A stretch of 64,000 nucleotides of DNA from assembly GCA_002269645.1 (NCBI GenBank), contig NIVC01002045.1, positions 1 through 64,000 of the forward strand, in the 5' to 3' direction. This DNA comes from Macrostomum lignano. Its lineage: Eukaryota. The position numbers and the translations under genes were made by a program. The notes beneath the pieces are model-generated. The model had not been told where the DNA came from, ran no database searches, and saw nothing but the letters and a program-made list of their open reading frames with translations. Below, in pieces: positions 36,101 to 49,200 of this stretch; within the stretch, counting starts at the first letter, position 1; every line of letters starts with the position of its first letter.

Positions 36101-38759
36101 AGGAACTTGAGGGCTCCCGCCCCACCTCCAGAATCGTTAAAGCCCTCACTCTGGACAAAATGTCCAAACTCTCCTCAGTAAAGAGAGCCAACGGCTCGCT
36201 CACTGAGAACCCAGGAGAAACGCTGGAGGCGATGCTAACAGCGTTTTTCCCGAACGAGCCAGCCAGGCCCGACCCCCCTGATCACTCAGTGGGCGGACAC
36301 GTACTGGCTGACTCAATCATCACGGAGGACCACGTTACTAAAGCAGTCTCCTCCTTCAAACCCTTCAAATCCCCAGGACCGGACGGCGTTGTGCCAGCGT
36401 TCCTGCGAGAGGCGGTGAAATGCACCGGTTTCCTGCGGAACCTTTGCCGGCTTCTGAAATTTTGCATTGTTCTCGGCTTTGTTCCGAAACCCTGGACCGA
36501 GGCCAAGGTGGTTTTTATCCCCAAGGCCGGCCGACTGGACTACCGGTCCATTAAATCTTTCAGACCAATTAGCCTCACCTCCACACTGGTAAACCTGTTG
36601 GAAAGACTGGTGCTTTGGCGCCTCCTCTCTGTGGAACTGAAGAACACGCCGCTCAGTGAGAACCAGCACGCCTTCCGGGCAGGCAGGTCCACGGAGAGCG
36701 CGCTTCACGTTTTGGTTGACATGCTGGAGAAAGCTGTTCTTGGTAATGGCTACGCTCTCGCTGTCTTCCTCGACATTGTTGGAGCCTTCGATAATGTCCT
36801 CTTTAAGGCTTTTCACAGAGCTCTACGTGCTAGAGGAACCCACTCGCACCTCACCTGGTGGATCATGTATATGATCAACCACCGTACTGCCATCGCACAC
36901 CTGTTGGGCCACCAACGGACGGTAACTGCAGCAAAGGCAGCCCCCAGGGTGGTGTCCTCTCTCCAGTTCTCTGGAACATGGTGATCAATGAGCTCCTCTA
37001 GGACAGCCATCTTGACCCCATCCTTACGGTCGGTTATGCCGATGATGTCAGCCGTGGCATCCGGACCGTCACCTGAAACCCTTAGGGATCTTCTGCAAAA
37101 CTTTATTCGCTCTGCTGAACAATGGGCGGACAGGTGCGGTCTCAGGCTCACCGAGACCAAAACTGTCGCGATCATGTTCACCAGCAGGGTTAATTGGCGC
37201 ATTCGCCCACTGAAGCTTTACGGGGTGGAAACCCCATCCTGAAGCAAACCAAGTGTCTCGGCGTTACGCTGGACCACCGGCTGAGCTGGTTCACCCACGT
37301 TTAGGCCAAAACCAAAAAAGCCCTCGCGATTCTTGCGCAACTGCGCAGAGCCGTTGGCACCACCTGGGGCCTCACCCCAAAGCGGCTCTGGTGAATCTAT
37401 ACCGCAATGTTCCGGCCGGCCGTCACTTACGATTAAAACCTGCCACGAAGCCCTTAAAAAGGTGCAGGGACGCGCGTGCCGCATTATCTTGAATGCCCCG
37501 CTCTCTGCTCCCTTTGTCGGCCTAAAACCACCCGCCGGCTCATCGAGGCTGGCGTTAGCTTCAAGCCACAAAGAGCGATGGCGAAGCGCAAGCTTCTGCC
37601 GCACTCTGACCTGTGCCTTAAAGTTCTGGAGGAGAGTGGGAGTGCGGCTGTCATTTCGGACGCTGTGCCGCGCTCCCTCAATCTCTACCAACGCTTCAAG
37701 GTCACAATCCCCTCTAGGGAGAACGCCAACGACAGCTGGGCCCCTCAGGAGGTTTACTGCTTTACTGACGGATCCTCCAAAGACGGTTTATCCGGCTTTG
37801 GAGTCTGCATCCTTATCAATGGCCGCGTGATCGTCACTCACGCCCAACACACTGGTAGACTCTCCAGCGTCTTCCAGAACGAAGTCCTTGCCATCAGCTC
37901 CTGTGCAGCTGAGCTCCACTGCAGGGACTTCAAAGACAGAAGAATCTTCTTCCACTCTGACAGCCAGGCCGCTTTGCAGGCCGTGTCACACCAATACGAA
38001 CTCCCGAACAGTCCTCGACTGTATCGGGCAGCTCAACAAGCTGGCTCGGAGCAACAACGTCCGGCTTACGTGGATCCCAGGACACGCCGGCTTCAAAGGT
38101 AACGAGCTCGCCGACTCCCTCGCTAAGGCGGGTTGTTCCGGATCGCTCCTTGGCCCCGTGCCCCTGGCCCCCATCCCCGCCACAGTCATTAACCGTCAGA
38201 TTAACGACTGGGCGGACATCCTGCACTTGCGCAGATGGGATGGTATTTCCAACTGCCGCCAATCCCGTGCAATCCCGTCCCGCCCAATCCGCCCCTCAAG
38301 CTGCGGAGAATCCTTTTAATCCAAAATCGAAAAGATATCCGCGCTCTCAATATGACCTTCACAGGTCACGGTTGCTTTGCCAGGCACTGTTTCCTCCGAA
38401 GTGTTCGCCGGAGCGAACTCTGCCCTTTCTGCAACCTCGAGAGCGAAGACGCCAAGCACTTCGTCTGCTACTGCCCGGCCTTCAACGGAGACCGGCTCAA
38501 CCACCTCAGGCCCAACCCGTCCCTGGACGACGCTTGCCGGCCCGAGAACATCCCACGGCTCATCCGGTTCCTCCGGGCCACCAAGCGAGCCTCCGTCTTC
38601 CCCACCGAAGACAACGCTGCTGACAGGACCGGCAGACCTCTCTGACCGGCCCCGCGCCCTAGCCTATGCGGGCCTTTCTGGGATTAGCGGAATGGGCGAC
38701 GCTCGCCTCCCCGCTGCGTCTTCGGACCGCCCTGCAGCTAAGTCAAAGTAAGTCAAAGT
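33065..38759 (+). mobile_element. Full-length I-group (LOA/R1-like) non-LTR retrotransposon, ORFs disrupted
   Basis: ORF1 remnant at about 33546-34986. ORF2 from 35029: AP endonuclease (LQVNLQHS, IQEPW, GDINAHH, SDH), RT (FRPISLTS, QHAFRAGRSTE, GYADD), RNase H (FTDGSS, SDSQAAL, WIPGHAGFKGNELAD) and a CxxC-H-C knuckle. Tail (TAAGTCAAAG)2. 13-bp TSD TCCCTGG(G/A)TTATC at 33052-33064 and 38760-38772. Confidence 0.93.
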
Positions 38760-40093
38760 TCCCTGGATTATCTGTCGACGTGCCGTCGGTGCGTTTAACC
38801 GAGGAAAGCTTAGACAGTTTGTCCAGCGTAAGCGCTTTCACAATTCTGAAGGTGGGGCGTGAGCTCTCTAGCTCCGTGCAGTATTGACGCCATTTCTGAG
38901 CTTTCGCGTTCCTAACCTGCCTTTTAAACTTATGAATTGCTTCATGATAGGCGGTTTGGTCCTATGGGCTCTTGGTTTTAGTTGCTCTGTGGTGGAGTCT
39001 CTTAGCTCTGCGACGGAGGTTGCCGAGCTCGGGATTCCACCATGGCGCAAATGTTTGTCCTTTATGGGCTTTTAAATGGCAGGATGTCTCAAAGGCGGCG
39101 GTTAGCGTTTCTTTCAGCACAGTGGTGCACTCATCCGATTCTTGGCATGACGTGATCGTTGATAGTTGGCAGGAAAACCGATGGAACTCCCTTAGGGCTA
39201 GCCCGACGGTTTCCCAATCAGTGTTTCTGGCTTTCCGTCTCCACGTAACGCGATTTGCGCTGCGCGTGGCCATCAGGTTAAAGGAAATGAACTTGTGACG
39301 AAGGGGGATGATGCCGAAAGCACCCGCAACGCCATAGTGCTTTGACAGTGGCATCGATCACTTCCGACCACCGTCCGTTGTCAAAAGTAGGGGTGGACCC
39401 AGAGTTACAGAACTCGAAGGTCGTGGCGGCAACGTAGGCTAACAGTTCTTTGCCTTTTTGATTAATCCCTTGCGTGTCTCGGTGCCGTCACTACCAGCCC
39501 CTCCGCCTTGTTGGTCAGGTCGATGCAGGTGACATCAGCCTTCTGGTGAGTGATAGCCTCGAATAAGTCAGTCAGCACCTCCCCTGGCCCTCTGGCTGTT
39601 GGAGAGGAGCGCGAGAAGTGCGGACCCGCCCAAGATGCGCTAAGAGTTGAGCTGTAGAGAGAGCTTTCCTTATCTGGCCTTCATTCTCTGGTCTTGGGAC
39701 GCAGGCAGTTTGCAGCTTGCCATTCAGAGCGGGGCTTTGGCTCCTTGGGGTCTCAAAAGTTTGCTTCACTCCCTTCCCTACCTTTACCAACCCCGCCATC
39801 CAGCTTTTCTGCGCCATGAACCATTGGCATATGCAAAAGCCCCCGGCCCGACTTTCCAAGCCCCGGCTGTCGACACCAACACCCCGCATTCCCCTTGCTC
39901 CACTCTGCCCCAGTGTCCCAGCAACAATACAGCCAGAGTTTGTCTCAAAACTTAACCCCCACAAGTCCATAAAGACGCTTTGGATCTTTTTGGCAATTCC
40001 TTTTGGGAAGCCAGAGTTAAAAAACAAAATTGAAAAAACGGCTAAAACAATGATGAGCTCAAGCTTGAAATGCAGGCCTAACCGTCAGCGTTG

Positions 40094-40103
40094 CTGATTG
40101 GCT
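40094..40103 (+). promoter_or_regulatory. Inverted CCAAT box upstream of copy C
   Basis: CTGATTGGCT, 170 bp before the ATG. Confidence 0.5.
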
Positions 40104-40263
40104 GATTGTCTCGCATTGCTGCTGTTTGAAACGCTGCTAAAACTCAAATAGCTGCATCCTGCCAGAACACAGGAGGAGCCACAGCCTCTCTAAGCCAAAA
40201 GAGAAAAAAATCTTTTGAGACGAGAGGGTTAATTTTTCAACTTTTTTTCAACTACAAGCGGGC

Positions 40264-43200
40264 ATGCGGTTGAAGACTGCGCTGTTCTCTGCATTGCTGA
40301 GCACCCTGCTGCTGCAGCTGCTGCCACCAGCGTTGATGCAGAGCGTGCACGAATCCAGCTGCGCTGACTTGCTGTTCTCCAAGATTTACGACGCTCATCT
40401 CTCGATGATTCCTCCGCCTAAAGTGAACGGTACATTTAATGTCACCTTTGACATGGCCATCGCGCAGCTACTGGAGCTCGTGAGTTCACTGACTCTGATT
40501 GCTATTCTGCCGCTTCGCTATACGACCGACTTCTTTGCTTTTGTCAAGTGTAAAAAAGCAATGCTCATTTCTTTCCTCGAGTTGGCACTGCGGGCAGTTT
40601 TCCAAACAGAACTTTTAGAATGCATAAATGAAGCTTATAATCAACATTGACTGCGAAGACCAAAGCGTTTCCACCCACTAGGGCCGTCGTCAGGGTATAT
40701 TTTATCGATGAAACACAAAAAAACTAAATATATAACCTATATTGTATAATCAAATGCGTCAAATCAAAAAGGGGGAGGAACGAGCGTTCTAAAGAGAATG
40801 AAAGTGAAAGTGAACGAGAAATATAGAGATAAGAGAAAGCACGAAGGGGGTAAGTATAAAATTTACGCACGAAAAACTGGTCCACCTCAGAAAACCCTAA
40901 AAAGGTGACCCGCACTGCTATGCAACAGCTGAGGCTACAGTTAGTTTATTCAAGTCGAGCCAAATCAGTCCAAATCAGGATTTCCTTTGCAGCTTCGACG
41001 TGAAGTCGATTTTTACCGTTGTCCGTTTGTAGCTGTCTATTGATCTCGCCACTGATCATGTGTACAATCTTAATCCCCTTAGACGCTGTCCAAGAAGTCG
41101 TTAGGCTTTGCTACCTCCGGCATCTTCCTGTTTGATGACAAATATTATCGCCAGATAGATTACTGAGCCATGGGAAGCCGACTTGCTCCTACTCTTACCA
41201 ATGTTTGCATGGCGCACTAGGAAACAGAGTGGATGTTCCTCTTGACTTCCTACTCTGTCCCTTCTAACCTGTTGAAAAATAAACTAGAGAGATCTTTTCG
41301 GAACTGGTGCAACACTACGATTAGGACTGTTTTTCACAACTGTCAAGGTTTGTCAATTTGTCGGCAAACCAAGACCCGTGTTCCTCGTTCTCTGGCGGCA
41401 GGTGTCGTGTACAAATTTTGTTGTTCTGATGATCAGAATGTCTCGTATGTGGGAAAAACCAAAAGACACCTGCACACTAGAGTTAGGGAGCATTGGTTGA
41501 AGAAGTCTGCTATTCAGGACCAGCTAATGGAATGCAAGAGCCGCCTTGACAGAGAACCAATCAAGCCTTTTTAAAAATATTGACCGTTCCAATTCGGAGT
41601 ACAAACTTTGGCATTCTGAAATCGTTGCACAATACCCCAGCCTCAACGTTCAGCCGTTGCATAGTGGTGCGGGCCACCTTAGTGTACTTAGTTCTTTTGT
41701 GCGTACATTATATATTTGCATCCTTCGTGCTCTTACTCTCTATTTCTCGCTCATTTTCACCCTCACCTGTTTTCAGTGTTGGGCAAAGTTCCGGCACTTC
41801 CGGCACTTTTAGTACCGGAAGTTACTTTTTTTAAAGCGGCACTTTTTCCTGTTCTTTTTTTAGAATGCCGGACTTGGGTAACGGAAGTTACTTTTTGATA
41901 AGTCCGGTACCTCCGGTACTTTGAAATGGGATTAAGGAAAGAGTACAAAAAATAAAGGGAATAATCAATGGTTTTATATTTTCTTAAAAGTTAAAACTAG
42001 AAATGAATTTGAAAAAAAATCATACTGAAAAACCTTAATTGGTATTTAAATTTTTTTGCTATAATGCTTGTACGAGCGTAACTTGAACTGAAAAAACGAA
42101 GTGAAAGCGAAAAACGAAAACTACACTAATTCAACATTTAGAAAAGAGAAGACAAATAAACTGATTACTAATTCAGCAATTCCAATGGAATCAACTCATA
42201 TTGATCTTGTGTCTGAATCTGCCCAGTCTGGCAACAATGAGGCTGAGAATGAGATAGCAAACTCTTCTGGGCCTATGCCAAAAAGCAAGGCTCACCCATG
42301 GCCACATTTGGCAAAATATTTTTCTCCGAAGATGTGGATCAACGAGACAAGCCTAGCTCTTGTTTGCCAACTATGCTTGCCAGCGCAGCAAACAATTAGA
42401 GGCCATGTTTCTACTCTGCAAAACCTTAAAAAACGCATTCAGGCTAAGCACCCATCTGAAGTCAAGAAGGTAAGACGTCACGCAAGATTTTTAAAACGCT
42501 ATTTTGTTTACTAACCTTTTTACTTGTCTCAATTTCACCATTTATTTTTTTAGTTTGAGGACTGCAGAATATACTGTATATTCTGTGTTGAGGACTGCTG
42601 CCGGGCAGGTTCCTGTAGAGGCAGAGCCAAGAAGCGTTTAGAGTGCTCACCTACATGTAGTCCACTAGCGCCTCAGCAGCCAGACAGATGGCCAAAACTG
42701 CTGGTACACCTTCAGCCTCTGTATCTACTGAGAGTGTCACTATAACAACCAAGCAGAAGCAGCCACAACTGCGTCAATGCTCAATCTCAGAGGCCATGGC
42801 TTCTTCATCCAACTACAAATCTGGCCAGTCTGTTTCACAGGAGGATGTGAACACTGCTTTAGTAAACTGCTTTGTAGAAAATATGCTGCCGCTGCATTTG
42901 GTGGAGTCACCATCATTCATCCACCTAGTGAAGACTCTTAATCCATTCAAGGATATTCCATCGCGACGTACATTGGGCAGAAGAATCTGTTCAGCTTTCA
43001 CTGAAATGGAGCAGCGGCTTCAAAGGTTGTTTTTAATGCTCTTTCGTTCATCCCCCTTTTTGATTTGACACCTTGGACTATACAATCGTTATACATTGAG
43101 CTTTTTTGTGTTTCATCGATAAAATATACCGTGACGACGACCCCAGTGGGTTGAAACGCGTTGGTCTTCGCAGTCAATGCTGATTTTAACCTTAATTTGT

Positions 43201-46200
43201 TTATTATTGATTAAGCCAGCAACTGTACCATGTTTTAGAATGCAGGACCGGATGCGCCTGTCTGCGATCTTGAAGCGTCCAAGTACTTTTTAAAGAATAA
43301 ATGATTGCATCTTTCCTACAAAATATTAACCTCTTGAAACATGATTAGCTATTTGTACCCTGACTATTACCTACTTTTATTTAAATTGCGCAATGTAAAG
43401 AATATCAAAGGTTTTTCCTGTTGGAAAGCATTGAAGATTCAACTAATACATGCTATCATTAATTACGGACAGCTCATAGCTACAGGTTTAATCCTTCAAT
43501 TTCTTCAGGACGAACTCAAGCAGACAGTCTCCATGCTCACCTGGAGGAGAATGGTGAGTGTGCTTAGTTCTTTAAAAAAATATTTCCTGATTACGCCTCT
43601 ACTCAAGTTGCATTGATGCTGCAGTCCTGGTACGACACCAGACTATCATGGCGGGGTCGCGTCTTCGATGGCAACCTGAGCTTCAACTCTATCAGCAGCA
43701 TTAAAATTCCAAACAGCCAGATCTGGAAGCCGGACTTGGTCGTGTACAATGAGTGAGCCGAAATGCTTGTTTGATCTTCCATTTAGAATTGCCAAGTAAG
43801 TTGCGAAAGCCGCGTCGCCTACTGATTGCGGCCAAGCCTGCTCTGAAAGCTGATAGCGTCAATCAAAACTAATGAAATCACCAAACCGTCCACCCTTCGC
43901 AGTGTGAGGAAAACGGAGCTCGACTGGTCCCTCTACTACGCGTCAATTCAATCTGACGGCCTCGTTCGACTCAACACCCCCCAGCTGATGAAGCTATCCT
44001 GCCCAATCAATGTCCAACTGTTTCCTTATGATAAGCAGGTGTGCAGGATGAAGATCGGCAGCTGGACAATGGATGGTTTTGAGCTCAACTTGCTCAACGC
44101 GAGCACGCACGCTGACCTGTCCTCGATGGCGGAGGACAACGAGTTCTGCCTCGTCAAGGCGCCGCTTGAACGACACTTGATAAAGTACGCGTGCTGCGCT
44201 GCTCCGTACCCGGACATTACGTACAGCATTTTGCTGCAGGTAAATGCGGCTTGTCAACCGGGCACTTTTTGGAGCTGTTCGGTGCACTTTCGATGCCAGG
44301 GCTTGAGCGTATCAGAGCTTACATGTAGCTCGCGTGTGCGATTTGTTGGCTAAAATGAGGGCATGAGAGCCTGTGGGAACTTTTCGTGGTTTCGTATTAT
44401 AAATTTTGACCATTGACGCTCCCAAAAGGAATTGAAAACATCATGCCATAATGTGTTTATTATGGTTCATTCATACGCTGACTCTATGGAAAGCAAACAA
44501 GAAAAAAAGACCAGCTTGGATATGGAGAAAAGGCGCCCAAACTTTCCAATAAAGAAGTTGAAGTACTTTTAAATTTAGTACGGGACAGACCCATTTTGAG
44601 AGCCAAGCATAGGGATGCTGATACAAACATTCAGAAAAAAAACAGTGAAATAGACGCTAATTCTGAAGCTAGACCTTCGGAAAACAACCCAAGTGACCTA
44701 AATAAATGATTTACGGACACAGTTTTGTACCATGAATACACTGAGCAAGACAAAAGCGTCCACCTTTTTCTTGGGAGAATTTTGTCTCAGTTTAGTGGCA
44801 AATCGGAGACTCTCCGGGCCATAGACATTTGTTCTGATGTGCGACTCAGTTACGTATTGCTCAATCCACAGTTAAGATAGACAGTTCTGGGAAAACTAAT
44901 GACAACAGGAAATGAGAATAGGGAACTAAATGCTGTGAAGTGGCATCGATCATACCAATAGCAGCAAGCGTTCTCCGTCAGTCATTTGTCGAACCATTAC
45001 GCCAACAGATAAATAGACTGTTTTAAAATCGCTTCTGCCTCAAAAATAAACTTTATTGTCCATGGTTGTTCTCAGCAAGCGTCCCACGTTTAACCCAACC
45101 ATAGACAAATTTTGTCTATGGTTGCCATCGAATATATAAACTAATTTTGTCTATGGTTGCCATCGAATATATAAACTAATTTTGCCTATGGTTGCCATCG
45201 AATATATAAACTAATTTTGCCTATGGTTGCCATCGAATATATAAACTAATTTGTCTATGGTTGCCATCGAATATATAAACTAATTTTGTCTATGATTGCC
45301 ATCGAATATATAAACTAATTTGTCTATGGTTGCCATCGAATATATAAACTAATTTTGTCTATGATTGCCATCGAATATATAAACTAATTTTGTCTATGGT
45401 TGCCATCGAATATATAAACTAATTTGTCTATGGTTGCCATCGAATATATAAACTAATTTGTCTATGGTTGCCATCGAATATATAAACTAATTTTGCCTAT
45501 GGTTGCCATCGAATATATAAACTAATTTGTCTATGGTTGAACTGCCTGTTGGATCGATTTACCACTCAACTAAAAGGCGAAATCTCCCGAGAAAAGTGTG
45601 GACAATTTTGTCTGTTGCATAGGATTTGTGTCCCAAACAGCTTCCCATAGGTGGGAACTATGCTTAATCCTAGCTAAGAATAACCCCCAGCTTTATGCAA
45701 AGCATCAATCTAAGTTTCAATCTAAGTTGGATCTCCAACTTTGCTTTATGAAACAGCCCCCTTCAGCATCTCAAGCTGTCAGAGTAAGGCTAGAAAAAAG
45801 CCTAATCGTAGCTAACAAAGTTTTCAAGAAACACTCTCTTTAAAATCTCCAACTGTTAGAGAATATGATGCTGAAAAGGCCCTTGAGCATCGACAGCATG
45901 TTTACCTTTGTCTTTTTTCATAAGTCAGAGAGCAATGCAAATGCTCTCAGTGATGGCCTAACCTGGAATCCATCTGACAAGCTTATCCCTGGAAACCGAT
46001 TTCTAGAATTTGATTGTGCATATATAGGCTGTAGCCCTACACAGAAACGGCTGCTGGGAAAGCAAACGAGCTGCTTGTAAGGTTGCAAGGAATTGCGATA
46101 AAAGATATTGGGATTGATTAGCGACGATTACAGCATTTTCTATAGTCACTCCATTGCTCAGGCTATAACCACGTGAAGGGAACCTGCTCATAAATGCTTT

Positions 46201-49200
46201 TTTAATTCTTTGCATGCAGTTTTCGTGGTTGGGGGTTAGCGTTTTGGCAGAGGCAGAGAGCTAGCAGGAAAATGCGGGATTAAATGATTCTTGGAGTGAC
46301 TGTAGATTGATGCCAATAAAAATTGTGCAGCTTTGTGTTGGAGGCCAGCACTTAGACTTAGACTTAGCTGCAGGGGGCTCCGCGCGTCCGGAAGCAGCGA
46401 GGAGGCGTTGCCGCCCATTTCGCTAACCCTTGGCGACCACGGGCAGCTAGTGCTGCGGTGTCGCGCAGGGAGTTCCGGTGGCGCCGGCGTCCGCAGCGCG
46501 GTCCCCCTCCGGAGAGTCCAGGAGGTGGATTGTCGCTCGCCCGGTAGCCCTTAGGTAGCGGACGAGCTGGCAGAGATTCTCGGGCCTGAAAACGTCGTAG
46601 AGGTCCGGGTTTGGGCCGAGGTAGGTGAGCCTGTCCTGAGTAAAGGCGGGGCATTCACAGATGAAGTGCTCCGCATTCTCGACGCCGGAGAGGCAGAAGG
46701 GGCATTCCTCACTGCGGATTTTCTCCTGGAGGTAACGATGCCTGGCAAGACAGCCATGACCCGAGAGGGCCATGGTAACCGCCCTGATGTCCCTGCGGTT
46801 GAGTCCAAGCAGGGCCCTGCGAAGGGCGGAGGAGGGACAGGGGACAGCCGCGCGGGATTGCCGGCAGTCGGGGACGTTAGCCCACCTCTCCCTGTGCTCA
46901 GAAGCCACCCACTGGTTGATCCGAGTGGTGACAACGGCGATGGGGGTGGGGGCCACGGGCAGGGGACCAGTGAAAGAACCGGTCGAGCCAGCCTTGGCCA
47001 GGCGATCGGCCAGCTCGTTGCCGGGGTGGCCCGAGTGCCCGGGGATCCACCTTAGGGACACCTTGTTGGAGGCGCCTAAGCGGTTGAGCTGCCCGATGCA
47101 GTCGAGGACTGTACGCGAGCAGGTGGTGGTGCGCTTAAGGGCGTGAATCGCCGCTTGACTGTCCGAGTGGAGGGTAATTTCCTTCCCCCAGACGTGCTGG
47201 TTGTACAGCTCCATGGCGCAGGAGCTGATGGCGAGAACTTCGTTCTGGAAGACGGTGGAGCAGGTGCCGGTGTGTTGGGAGAAGGTCGCCACAGTTCTCC
47301 CTCCAGACACGATGCAGTAGCCGTAACCAGAGGCGGAGTTGATTTGGGACCCGTCAGTGAAGCAGTGGATTTCATGGGGTTTCCAGTTGTCTCTCGCTTC
47401 ATGGCGTGGTGGAATGCTGGTTTTGAATTTGAGCGGGGGGCAGAGCGTGGACGGGATTCCGTCCGAGAGGGTCAGCAGGCCTCTCGCTGCTTCCAGGTCT
47501 CGCAGGCTGAGGTCGCCATGCGGCCGGAGGTTCCGCTTTCTGAAGGCAAACTGCTTCTGGATTTGGACACCCGCGTCAAGCAGACGACGGGTGGTTTTCA
47601 TAGCCTCCCCTCTAACAAAGAGGTCGAGGGGGGGGAATGTCCAAGAAGGAGTTCATGCCACCGAAGGGCGTAGAGGGAGCCGCGCTCATGATAGCTCGAC
47701 AAGCGCGGCCTTGCACCCTATTTAAAACCTCAAGAACCCCTTTCACCTCTAGGGCACTGTTCCAAATGAAGCCGGCGAAGGAGATGGCCGGTCTAACAAT
47801 GGCAGTGTAAATCCACCAGAGGCGGCGGGGGGTGAGGCCCCAGGTAGCACCGAAAGCTCTGCGGATCTGCGCGAGTCGCGAGAGCTTTGCGGGGTCCAGC
47901 TCAACCTGTGGTTGAGGGTGACGCCCAGACATCTAGTTTGTTTCTCCATGGCAACAGGTTTGCCATAGAGGGAGAGCGGTTCGATCCTCCAGTTTCGGCG
48001 GCTGGTGAACATGATAGCCACGGTTTTAGACTCAGAGAACCTGAGACCGCAGCTATGTGCCCAGCGCTCGGCACGGTGGATGAAGGCTTGAAGGAGGTCC
48101 CTGAGGATCGCGGGCGATGGTCCAGCCACAGTGGCGGTAACATCGTCCGCATAGCCGACCTTCTGAACAGGGTCCGGATGCGGGCTGCAAAGCAGCTCGT
48201 CCATGACTAAGTTCCAGAGGATCGGGCTGAGGACTCCACCTTGCGGTCCGCCTTTCTGGACTTCCACGGAGCGTGAGTGTCCCAGGAGGTGCGAGGTGGC
48301 AGTACGATGGGAGACCATGTACATGATCCAGCGGGTGAGGTGCTCGTGCGTGCCCCGGGATTCCAGGGCTCGCTTAAAGGCTTCAAAGAGCACATTGTTG
48401 AAAGCACCATCAATGTCGAGGAAAAGCGACAGCGCGTATCCATTGCCAAGCACGGCGCGCTCCAGCTTGTCGACAATGGCGTGCAGCGCACTTTCGATGG
48501 AGCGTCCAGGACGAAAGGCGTGCTGATTAGGGGAGAGCGGGGAGTTCCTCAGCTCAACGAGGAGAAGGCGCCAGAGCACCAGCCGTTCCATCAGTTTGAG
48601 GAAGAAGGACGTCAGACTAATAGGGCGGTAAGCTTTGGCGGAGTGATAGTCTCCCTTTCCTGGCTTGGGTATGAAGACTACCGTAGCCTCTTGCCAGGCT
48701 TTTGGCACATACCCGAGGGTAATGCTGGCCTTGAAGAGGTTGCAGAGGAGGCCGAGAAACCTGTCATTTTTAACTGCCTCATGAAGGAAGGCAGGATAAA
48801 TGTTGTCAGGACCCGGGGACTTGAAAGGAGAGAAGGATTTTGCGGCGCGAGCCGTCCTCTCTCTAGTAATGATGGTCGAAGCCAGGATCTGTCCACCCGG
48901 AGAGTGGTCCGGTGGGCCTAGCTGCTGTGCGGCACGTGGGAAAGAGCTGGTGAGCATAATGTCCAGCGATTCCCCAGGGTTCTCAGCGAGCCGGCCGTCC
49001 GGTCTTTTAATAACTGAGAGCTTTGACATTTTGTCGAGGGTGAGAGCATTAACTACGCGCGAAGTAGGGCGGGTGCCTTCTAACTCCGCGCAGTTTTGGC
49101 GCCATTTGTCGGACTTGGCTTTCCTGGTTTCACGCTTAAAGTCGCGGATCGCTTCTTGATAGGCGGCCAGGTCAGCTGGGTCCTTGCTCTTGCGAGCTAG

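Larger units (their letters stand above)
31620..39580 (-). mobile_element. Older, internally deleted LOA/R1-like non-LTR element, split by the 33065-38759 insertion
   Basis: The endonuclease-linker part at 38773-39580 (PWWNPELGNLRRRAKRL...KLSSVKRTDGTSTDNPG) resumes at 33064 (DNPG.TLDVMLSAFF). RT lies at 32454-33038 and RNase H (HSDSQAALQAL, WIPGHAGFFGNELA, LTGHG) at 31868-32419. Confidence 0.85.
40645..43179 (+). mobile_element. Penelope-like element, 5'-truncated, with inverted pLTR copy, in intron 1 of copy C
   Basis: RT remnant ([20 protein letters not shown]) near 41150. GIY-YIG region (GVVYKFCC...[17 protein letters not shown]) at 41400-41500. 40645-40900 is the reverse complement of 41680-41773 joined to 43025-43179. 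Confidence 0.85.

Noticed and set aside
45110-45539. CRISPR-like 35-36 bp periodicity
   Set aside because: The units are contiguous near-identical repeats with no unique spacers, there are no cas genes, and the context is a eukaryotic intron.
46394-46406. GCCTCCTCGCTGC on the minus strand resembles the HDV P3/L3 sequence
   Set aside because: P3 does not close, the paralogous element has CCCCGC, and no P1, P2 or P4 could be built.
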